From assembly GCA_040285825.1 (NCBI GenBank), contig JAUPSS010000009.1:806001-870000 (forward strand): a stretch of 64,000 nt of DNA, written 5' to 3'. The translations under genes were made by a program, and so were the position numbers. The DNA comes from Eukaryota sp. TZLM1-RC. Taxonomy: Eukaryota; Protista; Metamonada: BaSk clade. The notes under the pieces were generated by a model. The model was not told where the DNA came from, did no database searches, and saw nothing but the letters and a program-made list of their open reading frames with translations. Positions 23,990 to 38,352 of the stretch are shown here, piece by piece (position 1 is the stretch's first letter; the number at the start of each line of letters is the position of its first letter).

Positions 23990-24290
23990 ACCTAGCAGTA
24001 GGACTTGATGGATCAATGATCATCATTGATGTCAGATCTACTGATGTATCAAGCAGCTCAAATGAAAAACTTGCACAATCTTATCACTCACCTTTACGAA
24101 GAGCCGAAGAAGCGAAAATTATCAAGTACACAGAAAAAATCAATAATCTGAATTCCAACTCACATATTCAATACATTCTTTGTCCTTTTGCTTTTTCTTT
24201 ATTTTGAACTTTGGGTAAAACTGCGTTATCTTTTTGGGACGATTTCTCATTTATTGTCAAAATTAGAAACGGAAGAATATTCGACCGTGG
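23990..24290 (+). mobile_element. 3' RLE fragment of the second non-LTR family
   Basis: IIDV...RRAEEAKIIKY...YILCPFAFS; homologous to 9700-9940. Confidence 0.65.
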
Positions 24291-24447
24291 CGGCAATTTG
24301 TTGATTACGCTTTTGAGCTTCAAAAACTGGCATTGTTGTTGTTGAACTTAAATTGATTCAGTAGGTTTCTTTGTTTTCGAATGAGGATGTGATACTCGTT
24401 GATGAATCAGTTTTATTAATAAACTTAGATTTCTCTCTCTCCTTCGT

Positions 24448-24720
24448 GTGTTCATCTGCATAACGGCATCAGCATTGAGAGTGATGTCCCAATTGGTGTC
24501 TGCATCTGCCGTTGAGAGATTGTGGAGTCTACATGATTGGATTTATTCTAAGCGTAGAAATAGACTCACCGAAGAGCCTGTAGACATGTTAATAGCAGTG
24601 TATAATTTACTGCCAAGTTGTCCTCAAGAAAAAGTTTATGAAATAGACAACAAGACAGAAGAGTGTATCGAAGTATTGAATGTTTGCTGTCAGTTGTTAA
24701 GAGAAGAAAAAGTAGATTGA
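24448..24720 (+). mobile_element. hAT transposase C-terminal dimerization-domain fragment
   Basis: SASAVERLWSLHDWIYSKRRNRL motif. Confidence 0.75.
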
Positions 24721-24899
24721 GAGTCCTAGTTTCTTAGTTTTCTTCCATTAGAAGTACAGCAGAACCTAATGTCTTTTGTTGATTAACTTTTTCCAATTGT
24801 TCTATGCTCTTTATGAATCACATCCTTTATTCTTGAAGAGAATAGATTTGTAAACAAACTTGAGAAGTTAATCAACATCTCTTAAGTCAGCCGCATCAA

Positions 24900-26400
24900 C
24901 AGTAGGACGGTTGGGGCGGTCCCTACGTCTGCTATCTCTGTCTTTTGATCTTACCATGGAAGATAGGAGAAGGTTACCATCGGAAGTATTAGAAAATGAT
25001 GAACGATATGAAATCATCGTGGAAGGAGTCGGTTGAAACTTGTAGAACTAGAAGTTGGGAGGTGTGGGTGGAACCACTGGTTGAACCATGGACTGCGTAG
25101 GTGCAGGAGTCTGTTCCATTGGGACTAACACATTTGGAATTGAGTCAGGAGTAGGGGACTCATCACTGACTTCCATTACAACATCCTCTTCAGTTTGTTC
25201 CACAGGAGGTATAGCGGAGGTTTCCATAATTTAATCTGAGGAGGGTGGAACTTCTGTTTGTTGGGGTTCAGGGGATGGTTGGGTTTCTTCAATCTGGGCC
25301 GGTAACTGATATGAAGAGATTGCTGGTTGTACTAAGCGTATTTTTTCAGCCCATTGCTCATCTCATTGGGACTCATCATTGGGACGAATGGCCTCTAGGT
25401 CTCCTGGAATAATCTGAGATTCCCTACATCGGGCTAAGGATTGTGCTGGCGGAAAGCACCGTGGCGGTAAACACTAGAGTGTGGGAGCTAAAGTTGAGGG
25501 GTACTGGTTTGTTAGAAGACGTTGCTCTCCTTGGGGCCTGAATCGCCCAATCAAGTCTTTTACTGAGTTCCCACATTCGTTGTTCACGGTGATGTTGAGC
25601 CAAGTAGTCTTTGGAGATTTTCTGGGATGATATATCAACTCCAGTGGTAGATTCCGTAATAGGAGCAGAGGACTGAAGAAGCAGAGTTGTTGAAGCCTGC
25701 ATAGAAGGTTCTTCATAATCAACCAAATCTGAGAAGATCTGCTGGTATCTGTTTGTTTGTTCTTCCGAAAGATACAAAGGGAGATTTGGAGTGCTAAGAG
25801 TAGGATCATTAACGTTAGGCGGGGAAACAGTTAAATTGTTAACTCCACTTAATGTTGTTAAAGTAAGAGGAGATCCTGAAGCTGGATCAGCAAAATTTTG
25901 ACTTGTTCTTCTTACAGTTGGAACTGAAGGTGATTGTTGAGAGGGTGGAATTTCAAGTTCAGGATGAAGAGTTGAAGAAAGAACTTCAGTGTCTTTTTGA
26001 GAGGAGGGAGGTTGAAATGCAGTTCCTTCCTTGATAACTTGAGGAGATTGAACCGTTTCTCTGCTTTGAGTAGAAGGTGAAGGTTGTACTTCAGAACATC
26101 TTTGAGGGAAAGAAGAAGGTAGACCTTCAGATTTTTCAGTTGTGAAGAAGAAGGAGGAATCCTCAACGTCCTCGCCTTCATGGAAGACCAACGAAGGATT
26201 TCTTGCTTCCTTAGGAGCGGAATCCCTAAGGAAAGTTTTCTCCTTCCACAGGAACAGTCTCCTGGGGAGGGGTGTTTTCTTCCATAGGAGCGATAATTTT
26301 CCAGAGGGGTATTGTCTTCCTTTGGGGCGGAACCCTCTGAAAAAGAAGGATCCTCAGGAAGCGCAGAAGCTTTGACAGAAGAGGTATGCATTGGAGCCTA
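24900..26400 (-). pseudogene. Frameshifted Ser/Pro/Thr-rich ORF, possibly a retroelement gag/ORF1 remnant
   Basis: Overlapping ORFs 25912-26391 and 25424-26191, elevated GC, no recognisable domain. Confidence 0.3.
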
Positions 26401-27492
26401 GTCTGTGGTTAGTGAAGAAGAAGAGGGACCAGTCTCTTGTTCAAGGATACTGCGTTGAGCCGGAAACGACCCAATACGTATTAATAGTCTATGACTAGGG
26501 TTATGTGACGTAGCTGTGTAAATGTAATGAGATTTATCATCAAGAGGAATTGTATTCTCTCTTCTTCAACTCAATGAACGATAATACTAAGCTATAAATT
26601 CTATTCAAGGCTAACATAAAAAGAAGAAATTTGAGTTACTAAAGCAGCAAAAGAACCATTACGATTGACTTGTAATATCTTCGAAAGCGGGGACTTTGAG
26701 TTTTGGCAAGCCAAGTCTTACTGCATAACCCAAGCTTCCATATAATTTAAGCAGATGGTGCTGAAGCTGTTTCATGCAAAAACGTAAATTTGGGGGTGAT
26801 CGTTTGAGGTCTTTTTCATAATTCTTGACCAACACTGAATATCATTGTCAATGGGTAAATTGCCTTATTCAAATCGGTTTAATGGATTTAAGTAATAATT
26901 TAATTCACTCAATAATATAGAAAATGTAAATCATTTTTAAATCTTGGCCCCAAACGTGCTTTCCATTTTGTTGAAAAAGATGCCAAAATTGATTTAAATA
27001 AGGACGACTTTCCTGAGCTTTGCGATTAAATTGATTTCTATCACAGTAAAAACAATGGCTTAATTTTGAATTCATTAGCTCTACAATAGGTTTTTGCTGT
27101 ACAGCAAGACCACAATTTAATCCTTTGTTTCTAGGTTTAATTATTATTTTTAATCATACAATTGGGTATCATCATACAAAAAATTGCTTCTTTAAAACAA
27201 GTTGCTTCCACAGGTATTGACTGTCCCATTGCTCGCGTTTGATTACTGCAATTTTTTGGTTGCGAACTTGCCATTTTTCACATGGGAGATGCCTTCTGAC
27301 TCGTTATTATCCTCTAGAACCTTTGATACCTGAATCTGTGTCCTCTTCAACTACATATAAAAGGGATGTTGTCAATTTTTAAAATACTGGTCACCGAATG
27401 TGTCTCAAATTTTGAATCAATTACAGGATATTTAAAATGAAAACTGATCTTGGAATCCTTCCGTTTTTTGAATATTCTTTCTTTCTTAGGCT

Positions 27493-28760
27493 ATGTCTTC
27501 AACACCTAGGAAATCCAAGTATAAGGTGTCGGTTCAACAATCTAAAAATGTTAAAAACCGATTTGAGTCTTTGATTCTTCGTTCGCCATACTGTTCAGTT
27601 CCTAAATTATTGGCTGGTTCTTCTCCTGCTGCCTTCAATGATGAAGCTTTACATTCTTTAAATTCACTTCATCCACCTGAAGATTTTACCATAAACCACA
27701 TTGTTTCTGATAATGAACGTGATTTCTTCACTGCTAATCCTATTACTTGTGATGAAGTCAGTGTAGGTATTAAAGGACTTCCGTCTGGTCGTTCAACTGG
27801 GCCTTCTAGACTCAGTTACGATCATTTGAAGTCGGCTGTCAACATTTGTTCAGAAATCGCGGATGATTTAGCTTTCTTTTTAATAGTGTTATCTTGGGAC
27901 GTTTTAAGTTACCTCAAGTGTTGAGGGCCTATCGTTGAGTTGCTTTAAGTAAACCTGTTGGTGGTGTCAGACCCATTGCTGTTGGTGAGTCCATAATGAG
28001 ATTATTAGCAATTATTTCTTTTAAAAGAGTTAAGTCATCCGCAATTATTTTTTTTCGTCCTTATCAGTTTGCTATTGGAATTCCTGATGGTACAACTTGT
28101 GCTGCGTTGTGTACAGATTTACTTTTTAATCAAAAAGACGAAAATTATTTGCTCAATATTGATTTTAAAAATGCTTTCAACTCGGTGTTTCGCTCAAAAA
28201 TATTACAAAAACTTGGACTTCATTATATTCCTCTTTTGCCGTATTTTAAATTGATGCATGGATCACCCTCTAACCTAATTATTCATTCTGAGAAAATTCT
28301 TTCGTCAAGAGGTGTCAAACAAGGGTCTCCTCTGGGTCCATTTTTCAGTTCCAGTTTGGTTCCAGTTTTAGTAGAATTTAAGTTGGATTTTCCTGACATT
28401 CATTTATGTGCTTATGCAGATGATTTATCACTTATCGGTCCTTTGTCTCTTTTACAGCAAGGGCTACAACATTTCGCTATTCTGTCCAAACAAATATGGT
28501 TAGATATTAAATTGGCCAAGTGTTTCATTATTGGTAATCAGAATGCGGAGGTAGCATTTAATGAAACTTTTATCAAATATGTTGATTTTGAGGAAGATGC
28601 GATTCGTTTTCTTGGCTCTTATTTTGGAAATAGTGAAAACATTAAATCGATTTTGACAGGTATTTTGGGAAAAATCGAAGAGCAACTTTTAGCTATTCAA
28701 GAACTAAAAATTGACAAACATTCAGCGTTTTCGGTCCTAAATGTGTGTCGTTATACGCAC
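27493..28760 (+). mobile_element. RT-domain remnant of a divergent RLE non-LTR family
   Basis: STGPS, GGVRPIAVGE (about 27960), QFAIG, IDFKNAFNSV, GVKQGSPLGP, AYADD. Confidence 0.88.
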
Positions 28761-30141
28761 TGGTAGAGGACTCAAACAATATAACTGTTATCAGTAACTG
28801 TATCAACAATAATCAAACCTAGCTGACGAGATAATGTTATTATATGCAGCTATTGTAAAGAATTGAAAAAGATGAACAAATGCATTCATTATTGAATACG
28901 ATTGTGTTTATTTTACCCATAATGTCAGATGTATTAAGGATTTAAGGGGACTTTTAGTACAGCTTAGATGTTTTTAACAATTATTTTGTCTCATTGACCT
29001 TGCAGATCGAGATTTTGTAAAGGTAATCTTGGTTCAATGAATTTTGTCTAATTAGTTACCAGTGCATTTTGTTAATTGTGTAAGTTCAATAAGATTATAA
29101 ATGTATGAACAGGAAAATCACTCGATCTCAATCCCATCACATCAGCTTTAAGGACCCATAATTCCTTGCTATAAACACTGTTTGTCACAATGAAATCTCC
29201 AGTATTACAGAAAAAGCCTCATATAGAAGAAAGTACCCATGATGTAAGTTCTGTACATGTGTTGCATTCTTCATGGCTTTATGATATGTTGGAGGTATCT
29301 CACCCAGGTGAAGGTCATCGATTGCATGACAGGCTGAAATCTAAACTCCTTAATATCGTCGAGAAGTCACATCTATCTCATGATGTTTACTCACTTATGT
29401 CACAAAGTACATACATGCAATGTGATTCTGATAATGAAAATCTGTTCCACTTTTTACAGGATGGACACCGTGTGGTCACTCTTGATATTCGCCAAACGCC
29501 TCCTCCCTCACCACCTCCTGAAGTATAATCATCATCACCCTTTGCGACTGATCCCCTTCTTAATAAGAACTATCAATGTTCTGATGGTGACCCTCTTGCC
29601 AAGCTTTCGCAAACACTTGATTATTACCTAAGCAACTTTAAGATGATATTGAACAATTTTCATTCTCCGGTACTTCCTATCGTCAACTCTACTGGTCTTG
29701 GGAAAACGCGCTTAATGTTGGAATGTGTGAAGACTTTTGATTATCCCAACACTAGAATATCATATTTTTCATTTTCTAGAATAGAAAAAAATAGAAACAA
29801 CTCCGAAAATGTCTGTTACACTTGGCCACCCACTGTGAAATTATCGGATATTTTTCAGGATTTTATTCCTTTAGATAAATCTTATAGCCTAGAACAACGT
29901 ATTGCTGTTGTGGTCATTGATTTTGAGTGGCTTATTGTTGAAATCTTGCAAGAATCTCCTCTGGACACTGTTTTATTGAACACTGCAGATGGTTGGATGA
30001 AGTATTCAAAGAGCATTATTTCTAGTACATCTTCCAGGTTTCTTTCCTTTGTGAAATCGTGCAAGCAACCTTTTGACAACCAGGATCATGCTCAGTTTGT
30101 AGAATCTCTTATTCAAGACTTGCCAATGGATAAGTATGTGG

Positions 30142-32209
30142 CAGCAATATGTATCGATAAATCTTATCGTGCGATAAAGATATATTTATTTATCTTTATC
30201 TTATCGATGCCCTCAAAGTGAACGATATATTTATCGACGGCGTACAACGATATCCGATATATTGCGATAAATAACAATAAATAATTTCCTCATTAAATTG
30301 TTTTGCATCACCCACAATTGTTTAATCCAAATGACTTGTCTAAAAAAGGCTTTAATGAAGTCCATCGGCTATCAAAAGGTGGCACGACACTATTTTCAGA
30401 AGGCTGACCCTGTCCCCGTACCACCAAAAGAGAGTTACTTGCGAACTCATGTTGCTTGGAAGTGTGAGAAGTGCCCAGAAGCCACTTATATCTGGGTGTC
30501 CAAAACTGCTGGATGGACAAACCTGTGCTCTCACATCAAAACACGCCACTTTCCCCTAGACGGATGTCTTTTGACGATTGAAGAAAAGACTGGCCCCATT
30601 GATGCTTTTGTTGAACACTCTCCTCCATTCCCTTACATTAATAGGGTCTTCGCAACTTTAGACTTACTCATCTCTGGACAAAGACCTTTTACCTTTGTTG
30701 AAGACAAAATCTTGTCGACTTATCTCAACTTTAAACCAGTGTGCCGTTCAACTCTTATGAAGTACTTCAAGCTACTGTACACTAAGGTAGTAGAAGAAGT
30801 GTCTCGGACTTTACCGCCGAAAATTGGTATCATCGTAGATGGTTGGTTTGAACGTTCTCAGAGTTATGAATATGTAGGAATCTTTGCTGTTGGTCTAGGT
30901 CTCGAAAAACCTATCCTTCTTGCACTTACTCCCTTTGAAACTGAACTTGAAGTGACTGACCAACAACCTTTTGACGATGCCACGACCCTTCTGGGTGCTG
31001 AAGAGTATTGTGATATTATTGACGGCATTCTTGCCGCTTACAACAAGACCCGACAAAATTTGTTCTTTGTTGTAAGCGATAACTGTCCTACAAATGCAAA
31101 ACTGGGTGAACTTTTTAGGGGTTCCTACCATTGGATGTGCCTCTCACAGATTGGCCTTGGAGCTGAAGACGCTTCAATCTAGCCTCGTTAATGAACTGAA
31201 AGCTATTGACAAAATATTTACAATGTTGCGACGGGTAAAAAGGTCAATGGTTTTAAGGACTAAAACAACCCGAAGACCAACCAAAAGAAATGTAACTAGA
31301 TGGTTGTCTGCAGCTGATACGTTGAAAAAGATTCTTCCAGTATAAAGAAGCAGGAATTTTTCAGCTTTTTGGCAGTTCTTTTGATGACCTTCTCCCAAAC
31401 ACATCACAAGAACGGGCCCTGCGTCAACTTTATGATCATTTGACTAAAAACAAAAGGATCACTAACTATCTTCAAGGCACAAAACTGACTCTTGCTCTTG
31501 CTAATGATGCTTTTGAGGTATTTCACAACGATTTCCCTCACTTGACTGTCTGGACTAAATACCCGACAAACAATGCAGCACACCCAGACTTTGAGGCAGC
31601 CATAGTGAAGGTACAAAACAAAGACGAACAGTCACTCAATGAAAGAGAAAGAAAGGCAATAGAGTGTTTTGAAAAGGACCAGATCGCTGATATCGACAAC
31701 GGTGACCTAGACTTTGATAAAAGAATGGAAATGGGCCAGCAAGCGAAAAAGAACAAAGAATCCAAGTATATCGATCTTGACTGGATTCCTGCAACAAGTT
31801 GTGAAGTCGAAAGGCTTTTTAGTGCTGCTAAAAGGACATATGGTACGACACGACCAAACATGACCCCTGCATCTCTTGAAAAGCAACTTTGCCTATTGTA
31901 TAACAGGCAGTTCTGGGATTATGAAACAGTTCGCCGTTTAATGTCGGGGAAAGAATTGGAGGATGTTGGAGTTGATAGCGAAGACGATGAAGGTTTAGGT
32001 GATGATAATATGGAATTTTAAGCTTAAGGAATAAACACTACTGTTTTTAAGCACAAAATTGTGACTTATCCACTTGATTATCGACGATATATTTATCGTC
32101 TTGAGGCTCGATATGTCGATAAATAAGATACGATATTTTGTTAACAATATATTTATCGGAAGTGTCCCACGATAAGATAAATAAAAGATATCGATAACAC
32201 ACATTGCTG
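30142..32209 (+). mobile_element. Full-length hAT DNA transposon with 8-bp TSD GTATGTGG
   Basis: TIRs CAGCAATATGT / ACACATTGCTG; TSD at 30134-30141 and 32210-32217; subterminal (T)ATCGATA-like repeats at both ends. Confidence 0.95.
30298..32021 (+). pseudogene. hAT transposase, frameshifted
   Basis: BED finger WKCEKC...NLCSHIKTRH, IIVDGW, VSDNCPTN, GCASHRL, NVTRW, IPATSCEVERLFS; spread over three ORF pieces. Confidence 0.9.
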
Positions 32210-33829
32210 GTATGTGGTATGTCTTGATGAAGTTGGAACTTTATTGTTCAGTTCTTCCTTTACTTCACACATTCAACTTGGTCCTCAATGGAATTTATAT
32301 CGTTGCCTGCGATATGCTATTCGTAATCTAGCTACCATAAAGCCAGTTATGGCTTTAGTATATGAAACTCATACGTCGCTTAAAGGATTTGTTTCGGATA
32401 CTATCAATATTTCGTCCTTTCGTCCTCCAAATCCTCCTTTGTATTTACTTGGACCAATTTTCAAGGCTAACACAATTCCACCTTTTATGACCGTTTTTAC
32501 TGCCTTGGATCCCTCCCTGTACTCTGAACGTCATTCACCTTATACACCCATAGACCCTCTTCTCACTATATCAGATTGTACAACTATTCGTCCTGTTTGG
32601 ACAGCTTATGCTGCAGCTAACAGATTTTTGAATTTTTTACCGGCCATTCGGGGTAAAGTAGATAACGCTATGAAATCTTTCAAATTAGGAGCATCCACTG
32701 GAGTTTTTTTACTCTTGTTGCCAATTTTGGTTTGGTTTCTCACAATGTTATTTGTGAAGTTGTTGAAAATGGCTTTCATGTACTTGAGGGGGTGAACTTA
32801 CCTGAGAATGTTGCTCAGTCACTTTTTGTTCTTTACAAGTGCCGTCCAATCAAGGATCCTCTTGCTATGAGCTTTCTATGGTCTTATCTTGAAGATCAGG
32901 AACAATTCAACAGAGCTGCCAAGAACGTTTTGATGTCATTCCTACCTGTTCCCATCAGTGCCAGCTCTCTTGGTTTGTTGATGGAGTCATTTGCTTGCCT
33001 CATGTTGCTGTTTCATCTTCAACATTGCAAAAAATCTCACAACATTGCGTCAGGTGTTCCTTTTCTTACTTTAACATCCCTCGAGTCGTTTCTCAATTGC
33101 AAAATGCGGGAGGTTGGGGTATTTGAATTCCGACAACTTGGGACTTGCAATAAACCTTCTATGCCGTCTTATTGTGATGCCCAATCACAAGTTGAATTTC
33201 CCTTCAACCAATGGCGTTTATCAGCCACCCAGTTAGAGGTTTTGACAGAAAAAGGTGTATTTGAGGACTATGCTGTGTTTTATTCTCGATTGTGGTCAGC
33301 CTTTAAGGAACGTACTCTACTTCTTATGCCCGTCAACAATCCTGGTATAAATGCAATTTTACCAATGATCCATTAATCCGTTCTTGAAGAAACAGATCCC
33401 AATAGTTTTGTTCAAGGTCTTATAAATAGCAAAAGTGCTGCAAATGTTATTGGTATTGTCAGAATTCAAGTGAAAGCAACAAAAAAGACTTGCTTTCAAT
33501 ACGATCGTTTCCAACCTGTTTGCTCCTGACCTTCACGGAGTTGTTTCTTTAGGTTTGGTTATCTCACTTAGAACAGCTACTGTTCCCAAGACCAAGCTTG
33601 ATTATTTACCATTGGCAGAAAATCCTAGCAAAGTTTACTATTGTTGTCCTAACACTCTAGGATTTCCTGATATTTCTCAATTGTTATCTGTTTTTTTAAT
33701 TTTCGTCGATAATTTTGTCTAGATGGGTTCAATTGGAGTTTAGCTTAAACTCAGTCTCATATGATTTTAAGTCCTTCATTATTTCAGATCTGTGATCCAA
33801 CTCCATGATACACACTGTTTTTGTTTAGT

Positions 33830-34800
33830 TTGTGATCGCTCTTCTAGGGTGTTCTCCTTCGAAGTATTCTTTTGTTGTGTTTCCTCAACCTTCTGAATCC
33901 ACCATAATGGGTTTTTATCTTTGGGTTTCAGAATTTGTTGCTTATTTCAACTTCACAGGATTGGAAGAATCAAATAGTTTTAATTTAATTTATTTGCCTC
34001 ATTCTTTGGGAGGATTAGGGTTTCTCCATCTGGGCCAAGTTGCACATATTTGCTATTCAATTTCTGTATACTTGGCTGTACGTGATCTTGATTTAACAAA
34101 TTTAATTTCAAGAGATCAGTATAGGGTTTTACTATCAGCTTTATCACCTTTTTTTGCTGGTTTTGACTTTGATTTGGGACAAACGAATTAAAATTTGCCA
34201 ACGTCAAGTCACGCATTTATTTTTTTAAGGAAAAATTGAGTTTTTTGAAGGAAAAACTATCAAAATTTGACGACTACAATTTATTTCAAATTGTGACAGT
34301 CAATCATCTTGATTCTTGAAAGTTTTGCCTATTTCTCAAAATTTCACGTTCTCAGATGATTGCTTTAAATACCTAATAAATCTGAGCTTGCTTCAATGAG
34401 AACAATTTGTGATATGTACTTTGTGCGGTTATGGAGACCTAGGCTTAGATCACTCGTTTCAATGTAAAAAGGCATAAAGAATGGTTACACAAAGACATGA
34501 CAAAGTCAATAATTGATTAACGAATTAAATAATTTTGAATCTGAGAAGGAAATTCAAATTTGGTTTCAGTTACGTGTTGATGGCTTTCAAACATCAACTA
34601 AAATTGCTTTTGATGTTACCATAGTTGGAGGTTGTGGTAATAATTGAAGTGATGTGTTTTCGAAAGCATATTCTGATGAAATTTCAAAATATTCAATTTT
34701 AAGAGAATTGAATTTAATAAACCAAATTGTTTACTAATTGTTGTTGCTCTGGTTTTAAATGTTCATGGAGGTTTTTACACTAAAGCTAAAGTAATTTTTG
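33830..34800 (+). mobile_element. Decayed 3' half of another RLE non-LTR element
   Basis: IYLPHSLGGLG, then C..C...DHSFQC, RHD, AFDVTIV remnants. Confidence 0.55.
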
Positions 34801-35326
34801 ACCAATTTGAATGGAATGAGGTAGCAACAAATGATAGGTATGGTTCGCCTGCAGATGAAGTTCACAAATCCGTCGTAATTGAGATTTTTGATCTTTAATG
34901 AAAGCCTTTTAGTATTTTTGTTTTCGTTGCTCCCTACTAGAGTTACACGAAGAGTACTTCACGCAGAAATTCGCCAGAAGATTTGTGAGATCCCCTCTAC
35001 ACTTAAGCACTACTGGAAATTGAAGCTAGGTGTAGGGACTTCTTCCCTCCCAGTAAAGAATCCAATAACTAAGAACTCACCAAAAGCTTCTACAAATCTA
35101 AAGGAACCTCTTTCGTTGCAAAAAGACATCCTCTACTCTTATGTTGCCATGATACTGGAAACCATATTTTACCCTCTCCGTCCCTTGTAGGCAGGCTTGG
35201 GTAAAAACTAATTCCTCAAAGAAGAATTCCCCGTAATTATACGGGAATAATTTACAGGGACGCTCTTCAAAGCGGAAATACAAGTGGTTAAGAAATCCCC
35301 GAATTGATGCAGCAGTTACTCAACTT

Positions 35327-36014
35327 TTGCCTTCAAGGTTGGCAGAACAATTTCTTACTGAATTACTTTCCAAGTTTTCCATGTTTGAAGAAACCACCCA
35401 AAGGTTACAAAAGGCTGATTTATCTCTTCTTGATGCCAAACTTGCCTTTGATTTCCACCAACTTTCTCTTTCGGTAATGACAAATCACTTATCCTATCCG
35501 AGTCCTATTATGCACTCCTCTCAATTTGAATGTGCTGTGGTAAGGATCTTAAGTTTAGAAAAACCAAGTCTAACTGCAGAAAAAAAGGCAAAAGCACATC
35601 ACTTATTACTGGTGAAACAACAAGACGTTATCGTTGAAGAACAAGAGCCAGTGAGTCTTGTTTTTGAGGCCTTTAGAAAAGCCCATGATCTACAACTGTC
35701 CTCAAGATTTCGTTCTTCCTGTTTCCGTTATTCATTCCACCCTCACCTAATGCATGTGAAAAACTGTTTAGTCTGACTCGACAACAACTTGCTCTGAATC
35801 TTCACAGATTGCATCCTGAAACATTAGCAATGGAGCTATTTCTTTATGAAAACTGTGAAATGTGGAATGAAGAAGTGTTACGACAGGCATTAAGACAGAG
35901 ATAATTGTTAAGATGGTTTTTAATTTTACTTGTTACTTCATTGTCATTATAGACAGCGCGCATTATTGTATCAACACTTTCAATTCTTGTATTGACATCA
36001 ATAACACGGCCCTA
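35327..36014 (+). mobile_element. hAT transposase C-terminal remnant and right end
   Basis: TQRLQKADLSL..A, FECAVVRI, NACEKLFS, LHPETL..ELFLYEN..MW; ends ...GGCCCTA. Confidence 0.65.
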
Positions 36015-36069
36015 TTTTTTCCTCCCTCTTTCATCACCCTAAATTTCTGTCTTGTTTACTTGCTAGTCT

Positions 36070-37130
36070 ATTGGTAAGACTTTCACGGTCCCAACAATGT
36101 GTCCTGACAGTGGTGGCGACACCAATTGGTAAGCAATATACAATGAACGAAGTGTTACTGATAATGTCAACAAATATTCTTCTCCTTCTTCACTTCTTCC
36201 TTCTTCATTTTCGCCATCTTTGCAACCTAGTCATTCTTTACACTCCTTACCTCATGCTGGAAATTTTTCAAAAAATTCAAAGGTCCCAAAATCGAATTTA
36301 ACTACAGAAAGCCTCCTGTTCGTTTTTTACGTTCAGTTGTGCGTTTTGCAAACAATGCCAGGTCTGCAAAACACAAAATTGAAACTAATGCAACTTCTTG
36401 TGAAAATCATTTTGCCAATAAATCGTTTCCAGATCAGTGTTTAAAACGTTCTAAAGAATGTTCGATTTGCGGTATCAGTGGTCATGATTCGAGAATACGC
36501 CCTGAAATACAAAAAAAAGAAATTGAATTAAATTCTGCTCAAAAAATTCTCCAATGTTCTGTTCTAGTCGATGTCTATTTGAATTGTGCCGAAAATAGTA
36601 ATTCCGCTGATCTTCAAATGCTCCCAGTGCTCACTCTCCTTCCCCTTCTGAAAATAATAATCTTTGTTGTCCATTCTGCAAAAAAGTTGTTACAGATTCA
36701 AGAAATGGTCGAAAACTTCTGTTTTGCACTAATTGTAAAGCTGCTGACACTGTTAGACCTCCAATTCAGATTCAGGTAGAAATTAGCCCCGCCAGTACAA
36801 TTCCCTTCGCAATGGAAATGCGATGTTTTACTTCTGAATTAAAAAAATGGAATATAAAAGTGGAATATTTCATCCTTCTGGAAATATTTTGCAAGAAAAA
36901 ACAAAAATTGTTTTAAATAAATTTGGAATGAAGAAATTTGGAAACTCAAAAGTTATCCGGAAGTTGTGCTTACGTGGTCGTTATGGAGCTGCAAAACAGT
37001 CCTTTTTTCCTCTTCTTTGGCTGATGCAAATTCTGAAACTCTTGAAAAACTTCAAAAATTGCATCCTCAAGAAAATTTTGAGTGTAGCAAGCCTGATGTT
37101 TGTATTTTTTGGATCGAAAATCCAATAAAA
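36070..37130 (+). mobile_element. 5' region remnant of an RLE non-LTR element with zinc knuckles
   Basis: CSICGISGHDSR knuckle; LCLRGRYGAAKQ pre-RT segment; several frameshifts. Confidence 0.45.
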
Positions 37131-38352
37131 TAGTATGATATAAATGGATAGAAAATGAAGAACATTTTCAGTTTGAAATACATAATACTTCATTCAAGAT
37201 TCTAATTGCAAATAGAAAAGTTACAACTAATACTCATTATAATAATTGAGCTGTTGTGGATAATTAATTGTCAAATAGTTTTGATTACAAAATAATAAAC
37301 CTGAGCAGAAAATTTGTTAAAAAATCCAAGAACATGTAGACTATACAGGCACACGGACTCAGATCTTTTCTTGACTGTAATCAACTTCAAACAGTTAAAT
37401 ACTGAATGAATGATGATTACTCAGCCGTTTATGTTTTATTGCATAGAAACTCTAAATAAGGAGAATTACTCTCAATATTTGGTAGAGATTCGGTGAAAAA
37501 CAAAAATCGTATGAAAATTCAAAACTTAAAAGTAATTGAACCTGTATAAAAAGATACTAGTTATTCAAAAAATTACTTAAAACAAGCAAAAAAATTATTA
37601 GATTTAGGGATGTGAAAATAACAAATGATTAAGAAAATGGATATAATATCTTGCAATTAAATAATTAAATAAAACAAAAAAAGAGTTTTTTTAAACAAAA
37701 GCAACATTCTGGGCAGATATATGATGGAAAGTTCTGGAATTAATTCGCCAGAATTCACAAAAATAAAGATTTAACGTTGTCAATTAAATGAAGAATTTGC
37801 AATTATTGAAATGAATGCAACGTTTACTATAAGGAATCAACTAAAATTGATAAATTTGGACTTGGAAAATGTTAATGAAAAAGTTTTTCACAAAGGGAAA
37901 GAAACTGAATAAAAAATGAAAATCTATGTGAGTGCAAAAGACAATGTCTAAAGTGGAGTAAACCTTGAAAATAAAAGTACTGTGAGGTAAGATGGGTTTG
38001 TAAGTAAACGGTTTGAAAACTACCCTTGTTTAAGGTAAATATATTACAATTGCGAGTCAAAAAAGTTACTAAGATAACAGAAGAACATCTGCCAGATCAA
38101 AGAGTATATTTCAAAAGAATCGAGATAGAAATCAGCATCGAAAGCTGAGAGAAGAAGAGCGAGTACAGTAAGAGATGAGCAAGTGAAGAGACATTATCAC
38201 GGAATTTGGTGAGTGAGAGCAAAAAAATGGAGAGGAGTGATCAAGGAACATAGGAAGAGAAGACAATGCCGGTGGTGAAGCAAATAGGTAGAGGTGAGTG
38301 TGGATTTGTTGGAAAAAGTTTTTCCACTATTTTATTCTTCCTCCTCTGTACG

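Larger units (their letters stand above)
29190..33500 (+). pseudogene. Crinkler-type P-loop NTPase + PD-(D/E)xK REase gene, split by a hAT insertion
   Basis: Walker A VNSTGLGKTRL. Removing the hAT element and one TSD restores Walker B KYVVCLDEV. C-terminal NNPGINAI...RIQVK. Additional stops and frameshifts. Confidence 0.7.

Noticed and set aside
26455-26620. LTR plus primer-binding site on the minus strand (TGTTAG...TGGGTCGTTTCC)
   Set aside because: The putative LTR does not end in CA, no second copy is in the window, and no tRNA match could be confirmed.
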